From a virus, in IMG/VR virus record IMGVR_UViG_3300025133_000030, positions 32,001-96,000 of that record: a stretch of 64,000 bases of DNA; one strand, given 5' to 3'. The notes beneath the pieces were generated by a model. It saw nothing but the letters and a program-made list of their open reading frames with translations. It was not told where the DNA came from and ran no database searches. The translations under genes were made by a program, and so were the position numbers. Below, one piece after another: positions 1 through 8,653 of this stretch. Position 1 is the first letter of the stretch. Each line of letters begins with the position of its first letter.

Positions 1-22
1 TGGGTCAGAAGGAAAAAGCATA

Positions 23-319
23 ATGTTTCAAGACTCTGACAAGCGCCACGCAGACTTGAGAATAAGGTTGAGACACGACGGCTTGACTCAAGTGCAGTTT
101 TTTCGAGGCATGGTCAGCGGGTACCTAGAGAGTGATCCAAGAATAATTGATTTTATCACTGGACTCAAAATAGAGCTGGCCAAGCAGGGCAAAAATAAGA
201 TTAAAAAGACATCAAACTTGATAAAGTCTGGAGAAGAAAACAAAAGACTATTTTCGTTTTCCAAGGAAGAGGAAGAAGACTTGTTTGACATGATAGCAAA
301 GGAATTTCCAGATTTATGA
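23..319 (+). CDS. hypothetical protein (may extend past the window start)
   Basis: 98-aa ORF; ATGA overlap with the next gene. Confidence 0.65.
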   Translation: MFQDSDKRHADLRIRLRHDGLTQVQFFRGMVSGYLESDPRIIDFITGLKIELAKQGKNKIKKTSNLIKSGEENKRLFSFSKEEEEDLFDMIAKEFPDL

Positions 320-546
320 AAAAATGTTGTAGTGAATGCGTACTATCTAACTCTGCTTGCGAACAGAGAGAGTGCAGAATGTGGATAGACTTCGCAGAAG
401 ATAATAATTGTAGTTTGATTTCCATAGAGAAACATGGTCCAATGACATTGATGCAGATTGGAGAAAGATTAAACTTAAGTTTTGTGAGAATAAAACAGAT
501 CGAGGATGGACTGATATCAAAGTTGTCTAGGAACTTTGCTAAATAA
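316..546 (+). CDS. Cys-rich protein with sigma70 region-4-like HTH
   Basis: MTLMQIGERLNLSFVRIKQIE resembles the sigma70_r4 HTH; N-terminal Cys cluster. Confidence 0.65.
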   Translation: MKKCCSECVLSNSACEQRECRMWIDFAEDNNCSLISIEKHGPMTLMQIGERLNLSFVRIKQIEDGLISKLSRNFAK

Positions 547-568
547 TGTCCTTTTTAGTGATAAACCG

Positions 569-576
569 ACTATTTA
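569..576 (+). promoter_or_regulatory. putative phage late promoter ACTANTTA
   Basis: ACTATTTA; the same motif precedes about 10 virion-type genes. Confidence 0.45.
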
Positions 577-658
577 TCTAAGAACTGGTATGAAATTTAT
601 TAGTTCAAGTTTTTCGAAAAACTTGTTATAATTTTAGGAAACGTTAGGAGAAACCAAA

Positions 659-1324
659 ATGAGCAAGAAGGATAACCAGAAGGCCCTATTAAACGAGGCC
701 ACAATTCGCAGATTTTTGAAGCTAGCCGCAGTGGACTGCATCAATTCTGATCGAATCAATGAAATATCAACCGTGGAGGAAGACGCAGACACCACCGAAG
801 TTAACGAAGAAGAGATCGAAGAGGGCATGGGAATGCACGATCCGGTTTATGATCGCGACGACGACATGTCTGAAGAAGAACCCGCCATGGACGCTGCACC
901 AGAAGGCGACATGGACATGGATATGGACGCAGAGCCTGAACCCGAGATTGATCTCGATATGGATGCCGCTCCGGAAGCTGAAGCTTCTCCTGAGTTGGAG
1001 AATGCTGCAGAAGAGCTTCTCGGCATGATTGTCGATTTCTTTAAAGAGCGAGGCGTACAGGCCTCAATGGAATCTGAAGATGCACCGGCACCTGATGATA
1101 CACCTGCTCCAGATCTTGATTCTGATGAAGAAGTCCCCGTCGCAGACGAAGAAGACGTCATGGAGTCCGTCGTCGACGAAGAAATTGAAGAGTCCACAGA
1201 TAATGAGGAGACTATTCAAGAAGACGAAGCAGACGTCAACGAAGACACGAGAGAAGAAATTGTCGCAGAAGTTGCCAGAAGAGTGACAAAGCGCCTCTTA
1301 AATCTTGCTAGTATTAAAAAGTAA
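659..1324 (+). CDS. very acidic protein, putative prohead scaffold/internal head protein
   Basis: D/E-rich; LLNEATIRRFLKLA N-terminus; AGGAG RBS. Confidence 0.55.
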   Translation: MSKKDNQKALLNEATIRRFLKLAAVDCINSDRINEISTVEEDADTTEVNEEEIEEGMGMHDPVYDRDDDMSEEEPAMDAAPEGDMDMDMDAEPEPEIDLDMDAAPEAEASPELENAAEELLGMIVDFFKERGVQASMESEDAPAPDDTPAPDLDSDEEVPVADEEDVMESVVDEEIEESTDNEETIQEDEADVNEDTREEIVAEVARRVTKRLLNLASIKK

Positions 1325-1378
1325 AAAATCTGATTAAAATACTTGCCATTTTAATCAGATTAGGGTAACATATTTATT

Positions 1379-1747
1379 ATGTTTGAAAATGGTTTATGGT
1401 TTTTCCTAGGCGCCGTCGTCTATGCTCTCTCTTCACGAGTCCTGAACATAGGCCACGGCGTTTACATCTTTATGGAGCTTGAGAGAGCTATCTTAGGAAT
1501 TCTTTTGGCACTGGATACAGACATGGCGCAAGCCATTCGGATTAAGCAACGCGCTTATCGGGAATCCGACTTACCAGAAGAGATAATAAAGAAGATGGAA
1601 GCTCTTGATGAAGCGGTAGTTAAGAACTGGAGAGACTTAGTAATATCTAAGATGATCTTGACTTCTCCTAAATCATTTTTGAGATTTTATCGGTACGAAA
1701 ATTGGTCTCAAGCGCTTGAGGTCTTAAAAAGAAGGGAGAAAAGATGA
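1379..1747 (+). CDS. hypothetical membrane-anchored protein
   Basis: N-terminal hydrophobic segment; TTGCCA-N17-TAACAT upstream. Confidence 0.7.
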   Translation: MFENGLWFFLGAVVYALSSRVLNIGHGVYIFMELERAILGILLALDTDMAQAIRIKQRAYRESDLPEEIIKKMEALDEAVVKNWRDLVISKMILTSPKSFLRFYRYENWSQALEVLKRREKR

Positions 1748-2040
1748 AGGGCTTCGCGTGGTTTAGAAAACTAAATGTTGGGGACGACAAAGATCCCCTT
1801 ATGTATACCGTGCAGATAGCTGGTATAAGTAAATCTTCCTTGAGGAGATTGAAGAAAGAATTTAAAGGGTGGAAGCAGATCGGCGAAGGAGTAGACACGA
1901 GTAGTAACGAGTTTATAACTTTGTGGACAAGATCATTTGAAGATAAGTCTTCGTGGGTCTCATTTGCTAAGGGATTGCAATTCGAAGTTGTTGAGTTAAC
2001 CCCCAAAGGAAATAAGGTAACGATATCAAATGGAAAATAA
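1744..2040 (+). CDS. hypothetical protein
   Basis: ATGA overlap. Confidence 0.65.
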   Translation: MKGFAWFRKLNVGDDKDPLMYTVQIAGISKSSLRRLKKEFKGWKQIGEGVDTSSNEFITLWTRSFEDKSSWVSFAKGLQFEVVELTPKGNKVTISNGK

Positions 2041-2758
2041 TAACGGGACTCCCGATCCAAAAGAGCCTGAACTAGACCAAGAGAGCGAGGAATCAGAAGA
2101 ATCCCTAGATCAAAAAGATGATGGGCTCTTTATGGCAGAGGATGATAACCGCATCCTTATAATCAACAATATCGAGCCACCACGGGATGAGAAATTTTCA
2201 TTTCGAGTCATAAATCTTTATGGAGATGTAACAGAGCATACCAGTGCCGACGTTGTGAGCGCATTGATGTATTTTAAAGAAACGGGCAAAAAGCAAGTTT
2301 ACGTTGATCCTGAAGACCCGGAGTCAGAAATAGTCACCGTACACGATCCAATTGAAATGATAGTGTCCACACACGGCGGTCATGCCGCTGATATGTTCTC
2401 TATCTACGATACAATGAGGATGGTGAGACAAGAATATGACATTTCCACAGTAGGTTTGGGAAAGGTTATGTCTGCAGGTGTCCTTCTCCTCGCAGCCGGA
2501 ACAAAAGGGAAAAGAAAGATAGGCAGAAATTGCAGAGTAATGATCCACAGTGTTATGGGTGGCTACCATGGCTCCCTTCCACACATGGAAAATGAAATCG
2601 CAGAAGTCCGATGGATCCAGAGTCAATACGTCAAAAATTTGGCACAAGAGACAAACATGGACGAGAAAAAGATAAAAAGCCTACTAAAGAAAAAAGTAGA
2701 TGTTTATTTGTCAGCTGAAGAAGCCGTAGATCTTGGTCTGGCTGATGAGATAATTTGA
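2030..2758 (+). CDS. clpP: ClpP-family protease subunit
   Basis: STHGG, GLGKVMSAG (catalytic Ser), VMIHS (His), YLSAEEAVDLGLADEII. Confidence 0.9.
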   Translation: MENNNGTPDPKEPELDQESEESEESLDQKDDGLFMAEDDNRILIINNIEPPRDEKFSFRVINLYGDVTEHTSADVVSALMYFKETGKKQVYVDPEDPESEIVTVHDPIEMIVSTHGGHAADMFSIYDTMRMVRQEYDISTVGLGKVMSAGVLLLAAGTKGKRKIGRNCRVMIHSVMGGYHGSLPHMENEIAEVRWIQSQYVKNLAQETNMDEKKIKSLLKKKVDVYLSAEEAVDLGLADEII

Positions 2759-2776
2759 TAGCAAGGAAAGACAGTT

Positions 2777-4684
2777 ATGTTTGATAAGATGGTAGAGAAT
2801 TTTTTAAGAAAGGATAGCGAGGAAAACATACTCAGCCTTGATGGCTTATATCGGGCTATAAGTGAGGCCTTGGAGACAGACATCTTCAAGACTGTTGATT
2901 CTAAGCTACTAAAAGAGAGAAGGTTGTTTGTCGAAGATAAGCAGAACTACACCTTCACCTTGCAGGCCATACCAGAAATATCAGTGACAGAACTTGGATG
3001 GACCAATATCGTTGGATCGGAAGGCGGTGAGCAAATCGCAGGACCTGAAAGACAGAGGCTGATGCAGTTCCTTCAGAATATTAAGGGCGGCGACTTTGTA
3101 GCAAAGATTCAATCTCTTTCTCAGTTTTATGAAGATCCGGATGCTGCCATGGCACAAATGTTTCAAGATAACCCAAACGCGTCAACGGCAGAAAGAATTG
3201 CCGTCGCGCTGTCGTATTTGGTTTTCTTCAAGACACTGACAAAAGTAATATCAAACTTTAATGCCGCCTCAGCGGGCTTTAACTTTGAGTCATTTCTGGC
3301 TGTTCTGGTAAACGGTGAACAAGTAAAAGCAAACACAGGTACCATCGCAGACTTTATCAGCCGCGCCGATGGCACTAATATGCCTGTCAGTCTTAAATTG
3401 TATCAGGAAAAGAAGCTGCACGTCGGTGGCAGCTTTACTGACTTGGTAGGAGACCTAGTCAATCCTCAGTTCGACCATGCTTTGATGCGATATTTGGCTG
3501 TGACAAAAGAATTCGAAGGGGGAAAGAAAGAAGGCCTAGATATCAATGGTGTACTCAGGTGGTACAGGTTTGACTTCACTCTTGATAATGTGTTCGACAT
3601 CCTTGCAAGATCATCCTTAAAGTCTAAGAAGTGTGTCATGCTCCCAGTCGATTATATCTCGGGAAGAGTGGAAGATTTCGAAGCTACCCTGCCCGGATCG
3701 GCAATACCATCTCCAGAGAAGATGGAGCAAGTTTTCATTAATGCATTCCGAGCCGAACTTGAAGCAATGAATGATCGCCATCGAAATCGACCCGATATGC
3801 AAATTGATGAAGAGGGTATGGATGTCATAACAAAGAATTTGAATTGGTCAAAAAATGATGATATATTTCTCCTATATGATCCGAATCCAGCGTTGAAAAA
3901 AGGTGAAGAACGCGACGAAGATTTTGACCTGCAGCCTCTTTATGTCTCTAGAGGTAATTCAAAGATGCCCGGATCCGGAGCAAAACTAAAGAAAATAGCA
4001 GAAATAGTCCTCACAAGCCTGTCACAACTTAAGGCTGACGACGGATCCCCCAGATATGATATGGATGCCCCAGAGATAAATAAAATCGTCACAGGCTCAA
4101 ACGCAGGCCTCGCAATGAGGATTGCATATGCTATTGTTAGGGCCAACAACGGAACAACAGTGGCAGGTCAACCCCCTGCAGCGGGCAAATCCAGTGTTAT
4201 GAGTATGTACTCTAGATCAGTGTTAAAGGACGAGAGAACCCAGAAGCTCAATCAACCCGGCGTGTTTGCGTCAGTAGAAGATTCTGTTAGTTTTTACAAC
4301 CAACTTGATGAAGACGGCAAAAAAAGAGCACTTGTGCAGTCCTATGGTTATCTGACTACAGAGCAGTTCAACCTAAATCAGTCCGCTGTTGCACAGGTGC
4401 ATGCTTTTTCTGATAAGAGGATCCTACCAAAGGGCCAATCAGAGGCACTGTTTGGTAGAATTTTGGTCGGTGCAGACAACACTCAAAACATGTTGAATAA
4501 AATGACTTCTATCTTGAATGAGTCAATTTTTGACATATTCATGAATGTAAAAAACGTCCAAGATAACACATACGCCTATATTGCAGGTGGTATGAAAGAG
4601 GATTCAAAGGCTGACGAGGCCATTACTGCCTCAAGTTCTATCATTTCCAAGACAATGGAATTAAAAACTTCAAAATCTAAATAA
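2777..4684 (+). CDS. large hypothetical protein, probably virion-associated; possible PD-(D/E)XK-like core
   Basis: 635-aa ORF; FESFL...IADF...VSLK loosely nuclease-like. Confidence 0.55.
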   Translation: MFDKMVENFLRKDSEENILSLDGLYRAISEALETDIFKTVDSKLLKERRLFVEDKQNYTFTLQAIPEISVTELGWTNIVGSEGGEQIAGPERQRLMQFLQNIKGGDFVAKIQSLSQFYEDPDAAMAQMFQDNPNASTAERIAVALSYLVFFKTLTKVISNFNAASAGFNFESFLAVLVNGEQVKANTGTIADFISRADGTNMPVSLKLYQEKKLHVGGSFTDLVGDLVNPQFDHALMRYLAVTKEFEGGKKEGLDINGVLRWYRFDFTLDNVFDILARSSLKSKKCVMLPVDYISGRVEDFEATLPGSAIPSPEKMEQVFINAFRAELEAMNDRHRNRPDMQIDEEGMDVITKNLNWSKNDDIFLLYDPNPALKKGEERDEDFDLQPLYVSRGNSKMPGSGAKLKKIAEIVLTSLSQLKADDGSPRYDMDAPEINKIVTGSNAGLAMRIAYAIVRANNGTTVAGQPPAAGKSSVMSMYSRSVLKDERTQKLNQPGVFASVEDSVSFYNQLDEDGKKRALVQSYGYLTTEQFNLNQSAVAQVHAFSDKRILPKGQSEALFGRILVGADNTQNMLNKMTSILNESIFDIFMNVKNVQDNTYAYIAGGMKEDSKADEAITASSSIISKTMELKTSKSK

Positions 4685-4689
4685 ACTAC

Positions 4690-4717
4690 TTGACATTTGG
4701 TCAAAATGTCTTATAAT
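4690..4717 (+). promoter_or_regulatory. sigma70-type promoter of groEL with an internal inverted repeat
   Basis: TTGACA-N16-TATAAT; GACATTT/AAATGTC. Confidence 0.7.
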
Positions 4718-4750
4718 ATATAATATACACTTGAAAAAGAGAGGGTCTTC

Positions 4751-6322
4751 ATGACTAAGGAACTTAACTCTGGCGCAGACCTGCGTCAATTAATTGTCGA
4801 TGGCGTCAATATTTTGGCGGACAATGTCGCTACAACTCTCGGCCCAAAGGGTCGTAATGTCATTATTCAAACCACTAATGGCAACCCAATCATTACCAAG
4901 GACGGAGTAACTGTTGCTCAGTTTTTGGACTTGGAAAACCCGTTCAAGAACGCGGCGGTGCAAGTAGTAAAGCAAGCTTCGGCACAGACAAATTCTGATG
5001 CAGGCGATGGCACTACAACTTCTACAGTTTTGTCTCGTGCACTGCTCTTAGAGGCCCAAGAACACCTCTCTAACGGAGCCTGCCCTGTAGATCTGAAGCG
5101 AGGCATGGATTTGGTTACATCTGCTGTTGTGGAGGATTTAAAGTCTAATTCTCGCCCGGTCATGAGCGAAGAAGATGTACGCCATATTGCAACAATTTCT
5201 GCAAATGGAGACGAAACCATAGGGACTTTAGTTTCGACAGCCGCAGACCGCGTCGGAAAGAACGGCTCAATTACAATTGAGGAGGCTAGATCTAATGACA
5301 CTACACTGGATTTAGTTGAGGGTTTTCGTCTAGACTCCGGGTATGCTGCTAACGCATTTATTACCGACGAGAGAAGAGGTGTGGTCAAATATGAGGATCC
5401 TATGTTCTTGATTACTGATAGTAAGATTGAAACAGTTGATCAGATTCTACCATCTCTTGAGATCGCAGCAAGAGAATCCAGACCGTTTATCATAGTTGCA
5501 GACGAAATCGAAGGCCAAGCCTTGGCTGCGCTAATTATGAACGCAGTACGGGGCACTATGAAAGTTGCAGCAGTCAAGTCTCCTCGTTATGGAGAGGAGA
5601 GGCGCGGTATCATGAGTGACCTAGCGTTGGCAACCGGGGCATCTTATATTACAAAAGAATCAGACCTAGACCTAAAGACAGTCAAAATGTCAGATTTTGG
5701 ATCTGCAAAATCAATTGAGATTGGCAAGAGAATGACAACAATTGTCGATGGTTCCTCGAACTCTGATCAACTTGACGAAAGAATTCAAACAATCAAAGCC
5801 CAGATCGAGCAAACTGAATCAATCCATGAGTGTGAGAGAATGCAGGAGCGAATCACTCGGTTAGCTTCAGGCGTCGCGGTGATCCGCGTCGGTGCCCCAA
5901 CCGAGATTGAAATGATCGAGAAGAAACACAGGATCGAAGACGCCCTAGAGGCAGTGAGGTCCGCTCAGATGGAGGGTATTGTCCCCGGAGGTGGTCTAGC
6001 TCTTTATAGAACAAGAGACCAGCTAAAAGTCTCAACTAAGAATGAGGATCAAGATAGGGGCGTCGAGATTGTCTTAAATTCTTTGAGCGCACCCATCGAA
6101 CAGATGGCAAAGAACGCTGGATTTGATGTGGCATCGACCTTGAGCCAAATCGATACAAGTGCAGATGATTTTGGGTTAGATTTTTCCACAGGAGATATTG
6201 TAAATATGCATGAAGCAGGCATCATAGATCCGGTGAAGGTAACCCGTTGCGCACTTCAGAATGCGGTGTCCGTAGTCGGAACTCTGATTACAACTGATTA
6301 TGCCATTATTCAAACGGAATGA
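4751..6322 (+). CDS. groEL: GroEL-like chaperonin (phage type, no GGM tail)
   Basis: TLGPKGRNV, ITKDGVTVA, AGDGTTT, GIVPGGG, GIIDPVKV. Confidence 0.97.
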   Translation: MTKELNSGADLRQLIVDGVNILADNVATTLGPKGRNVIIQTTNGNPIITKDGVTVAQFLDLENPFKNAAVQVVKQASAQTNSDAGDGTTTSTVLSRALLLEAQEHLSNGACPVDLKRGMDLVTSAVVEDLKSNSRPVMSEEDVRHIATISANGDETIGTLVSTAADRVGKNGSITIEEARSNDTTLDLVEGFRLDSGYAANAFITDERRGVVKYEDPMFLITDSKIETVDQILPSLEIAARESRPFIIVADEIEGQALAALIMNAVRGTMKVAAVKSPRYGEERRGIMSDLALATGASYITKESDLDLKTVKMSDFGSAKSIEIGKRMTTIVDGSSNSDQLDERIQTIKAQIEQTESIHECERMQERITRLASGVAVIRVGAPTEIEMIEKKHRIEDALEAVRSAQMEGIVPGGGLALYRTRDQLKVSTKNEDQDRGVEIVLNSLSAPIEQMAKNAGFDVASTLSQIDTSADDFGLDFSTGDIVNMHEAGIIDPVKVTRCALQNAVSVVGTLITTDYAIIQTE

Positions 6323-6371
6323 ATTGTTGGACACTATTTATAATTATTCCATAGAATAGGAGATAATCCGA

Positions 6372-6641
6372 ATGAGTGATAATAGGCCAGATCCGATAAT
6401 GTCACTAGACGTTAAGCTTGATAAACTATGCAACGGCGTCGACCTAGTCAAAGATAGCCAAAAACTTATGGCTGATGACATAGCAAAAATAAAAGAAGCA
6501 GTGTATAATCCAGACGAAGGTTTGTATGCACGTATTCGGGCTCTTGAAGCTTGGAAAGCAACCTCTTCAAAGATGATATGGACGCTGTTTACTGCTCTTA
6601 TTGGCCTAGCCATGGCTTTCATTTTGAAGCTTTTTCCTTGA
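6372..6641 (+). CDS. small coiled-coil protein with C-terminal TM helix (XhlA/holin-like)
   Basis: RIRALEAWK followed by a hydrophobic helix. Confidence 0.5.
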   Translation: MSDNRPDPIMSLDVKLDKLCNGVDLVKDSQKLMADDIAKIKEAVYNPDEGLYARIRALEAWKATSSKMIWTLFTALIGLAMAFILKLFP

Positions 6642-6686
6642 CATTTTATACATTATTTGGTATATTTAATTATAAGGTAGGCGAAT

Positions 6687-7115
6687 TTGGAAAAAGAATG
6701 GGCTAAAAATTGCATGAAAAAGATAGAGAATTATCTCTTTCATCAACATAATGTAGAAGTTGAATATGGGAGAGGCTTTAGCGATTGTTATTTTCAGGGC
6801 CTTTCTCTAATAGAAATAAACTCCTGTCAAAACTTAACAAGCCGACTTCATTCCTTGTTACATGAAGCTGGTCATGTGCTCATTAGAGACACTGAAATAA
6901 TTGGAGTACCGTTTCACAAGTCATTTCCTTCAATGAAATTACAGGGTAGTTTCGTGAGAGGCAACGAGAAACATCGAGTAGATGTTCTTCGGGAAGAGGT
7001 GCTGGCTTGGGAACAAGGCAGGAATCTAGCTACATGCTTGGATATAAATATAGATGAAAAGATTTGGGCTCGACACCGACACGATAGCCTCTTGTCTTAC
7101 GCTCGGTGGGTTTAA
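6687..7115 (+). CDS. HExxH metallopeptidase-like protein (ImmA/IrrE-like)
   Basis: LLHEAGH and downstream EEVLAW. Confidence 0.65.
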   Translation: MEKEWAKNCMKKIENYLFHQHNVEVEYGRGFSDCYFQGLSLIEINSCQNLTSRLHSLLHEAGHVLIRDTEIIGVPFHKSFPSMKLQGSFVRGNEKHRVDVLREEVLAWEQGRNLATCLDINIDEKIWARHRHDSLLSYARWV

Positions 7116-7118
7116 GTT

Positions 7119-7346
7119 ATGGGAAGTAACCTAGTTTATATACCTTCGTCTGTATTGCTTAAGAACGGATATAGTGAATCTAATATAACCAATGTTCAAA
7201 TTCTACCAAAGCCCGGAGTTTTTCTGGTGGTCGGGGAAAACAAAGAGAAAAACAGTTATAGGATATTTTACAAAGGAAAAAAGTGGTACGTGGCAAAAAA
7301 AGACACGTTCAGTGTAGAAAAAGGAACAAAAGAAAATGATAGTTAA
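7119..7346 (+). CDS. hypothetical protein
   Basis: ORF in operon. Confidence 0.6.
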   Translation: MGSNLVYIPSSVLLKNGYSESNITNVQILPKPGVFLVVGENKEKNSYRIFYKGKKWYVAKKDTFSVEKGTKENDS

Positions 7347-7614
7347 ACTAAAAGAAATCTTCAGGAACGCCACGACTACAGGCAAGAGATATAGAACAAG
7401 GGATATATTTATTAATCCCGAACACGTTGTCTATGTTAGGAGCAACGACGACATGGTAAGGAGACTCAACGAGGGCCTCATCGAAGGTGCAACAGGAGAT
7501 AACTTTTGCACGATTTCTCTTTCTCGTGGAGCAGGAGGAACTGATATCATTGTCCTTGGCTCGCTAGAAGAGATAAACAGAACGATATCAAAGAGGGAAA
7601 TTCTCCATGGATAG
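7336..7614 (+). CDS. FlbD-like small protein
   Basis: IFINPEHVVYV...IIVLGSLEEI pattern. Confidence 0.45.
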   Translation: MIVKLKEIFRNATTTGKRYRTRDIFINPEHVVYVRSNDDMVRRLNEGLIEGATGDNFCTISLSRGAGGTDIIVLGSLEEINRTISKREILHG

Positions 7615-7858
7615 CCGTTTTATTATCTATGGACGTACAAATTGCTCATTCTGCATCGATGCAGTTAATCTATTAAAAGAGAAAGGCTACAATTATTGTT
7701 TTTTTGACTTCACAGAGGATCCAGAAGCTATTGCTGATGCAAAGTCTTTTTACAAGTGGGAAACAGTTCCTATGATTTTAAAAAATGACACCACCACAGG
7801 AGTCACAAATTTTGTTGGCGGTCTAGATAGTTTAAAAACGCAATTAAGCGAGTCGTAA
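7607..7858 (+). CDS. glutaredoxin
   Basis: CSFC, TVPMI, FVGG. Confidence 0.9.
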   Translation: MDSRFIIYGRTNCSFCIDAVNLLKEKGYNYCFFDFTEDPEAIADAKSFYKWETVPMILKNDTTTGVTNFVGGLDSLKTQLSES

Positions 7859-7861
7859 GTA

Positions 7862-8221
7862 GTGTCAAAAGAGCAAGATCCAAAAAGAGTACAAGTAACC
7901 TCTGAAGAAGTAGTTTCTATCTACGAAAAGTCATTAGGACTTCATAGTCGAGCGAAGTATATTTTGTCTGACCATTTCACGGAAGCAAAAGTGCTACCGG
8001 AAATTACTTTCGAGTTGGTTTGCGAAATGTTATCCAGCACTCTTTTCCTTAGAAACTTTATTAAAAAGTCTTTTCCTAATATTGACGACCCTCATAAAAC
8101 AAAGAACAAGGCATACAGCCTTTCAGTCGCAGCAGTGGGCCAGCTAGCTAAGGCGACCTTGATCTTAGAAGATATAAATAAAGATTTAATAAAACAAAAC
8201 ATACACATGGAACTGCAGTGA
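7862..8221 (+). CDS. hypothetical protein
   Basis: ORF in operon. Confidence 0.65.
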   Translation: MSKEQDPKRVQVTSEEVVSIYEKSLGLHSRAKYILSDHFTEAKVLPEITFELVCEMLSSTLFLRNFIKKSFPNIDDPHKTKNKAYSLSVAAVGQLAKATLILEDINKDLIKQNIHMELQ

Positions 8222-8571
8222 TAGATTACAAGAAGCTCGCACTAGCATGCACGATCTTTTTCGCAGCTCAAATTTTAAGCTGGTTTCAGTTAAACTCACA
8301 ATTTGTATGGGACTTCTGGAAAGGACGCCCAGTCTTGTCTGTTCTTTTATATGGCATACCTTGTGGTTTGTCGTTTTGGTACGGCTGGAGACTCTGCAAT
8401 GAAGCACTAGGGAACACTCTTTGGGGCACTCGTTTTGTCGGGTATTGTGTGTCTTATATGGTGTTTCCATTTTTGACTTATTACTATATGGGTGAGAGTA
8501 TGTTGACTTTCAAGACTCTATCGTGTATAGCTCTCTCGGTCTGTATACTTTTGATACAGGTTTTTGCCTGA
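8218..8571 (+). CDS. small 4-TM membrane protein (DMT/SMR-like)
   Basis: four hydrophobic segments; YYMGES. Confidence 0.6.
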   Translation: MIDYKKLALACTIFFAAQILSWFQLNSQFVWDFWKGRPVLSVLLYGIPCGLSFWYGWRLCNEALGNTLWGTRFVGYCVSYMVFPFLTYYYMGESMLTFKTLSCIALSVCILLIQVFA

Positions 8572-8653
8572 CATTTCAAAGCGGAGAGTACCCTTTTGGG
8601 GCGACTTTTTGTTTATTGTGTGACTAATTACCATAAAAGGGTGCTATATCTAT

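Noticed and set aside
4681-4750. CIRCE element before groEL
   Set aside because: No TTAGCACTC-N9-GAGTGCTAA present.
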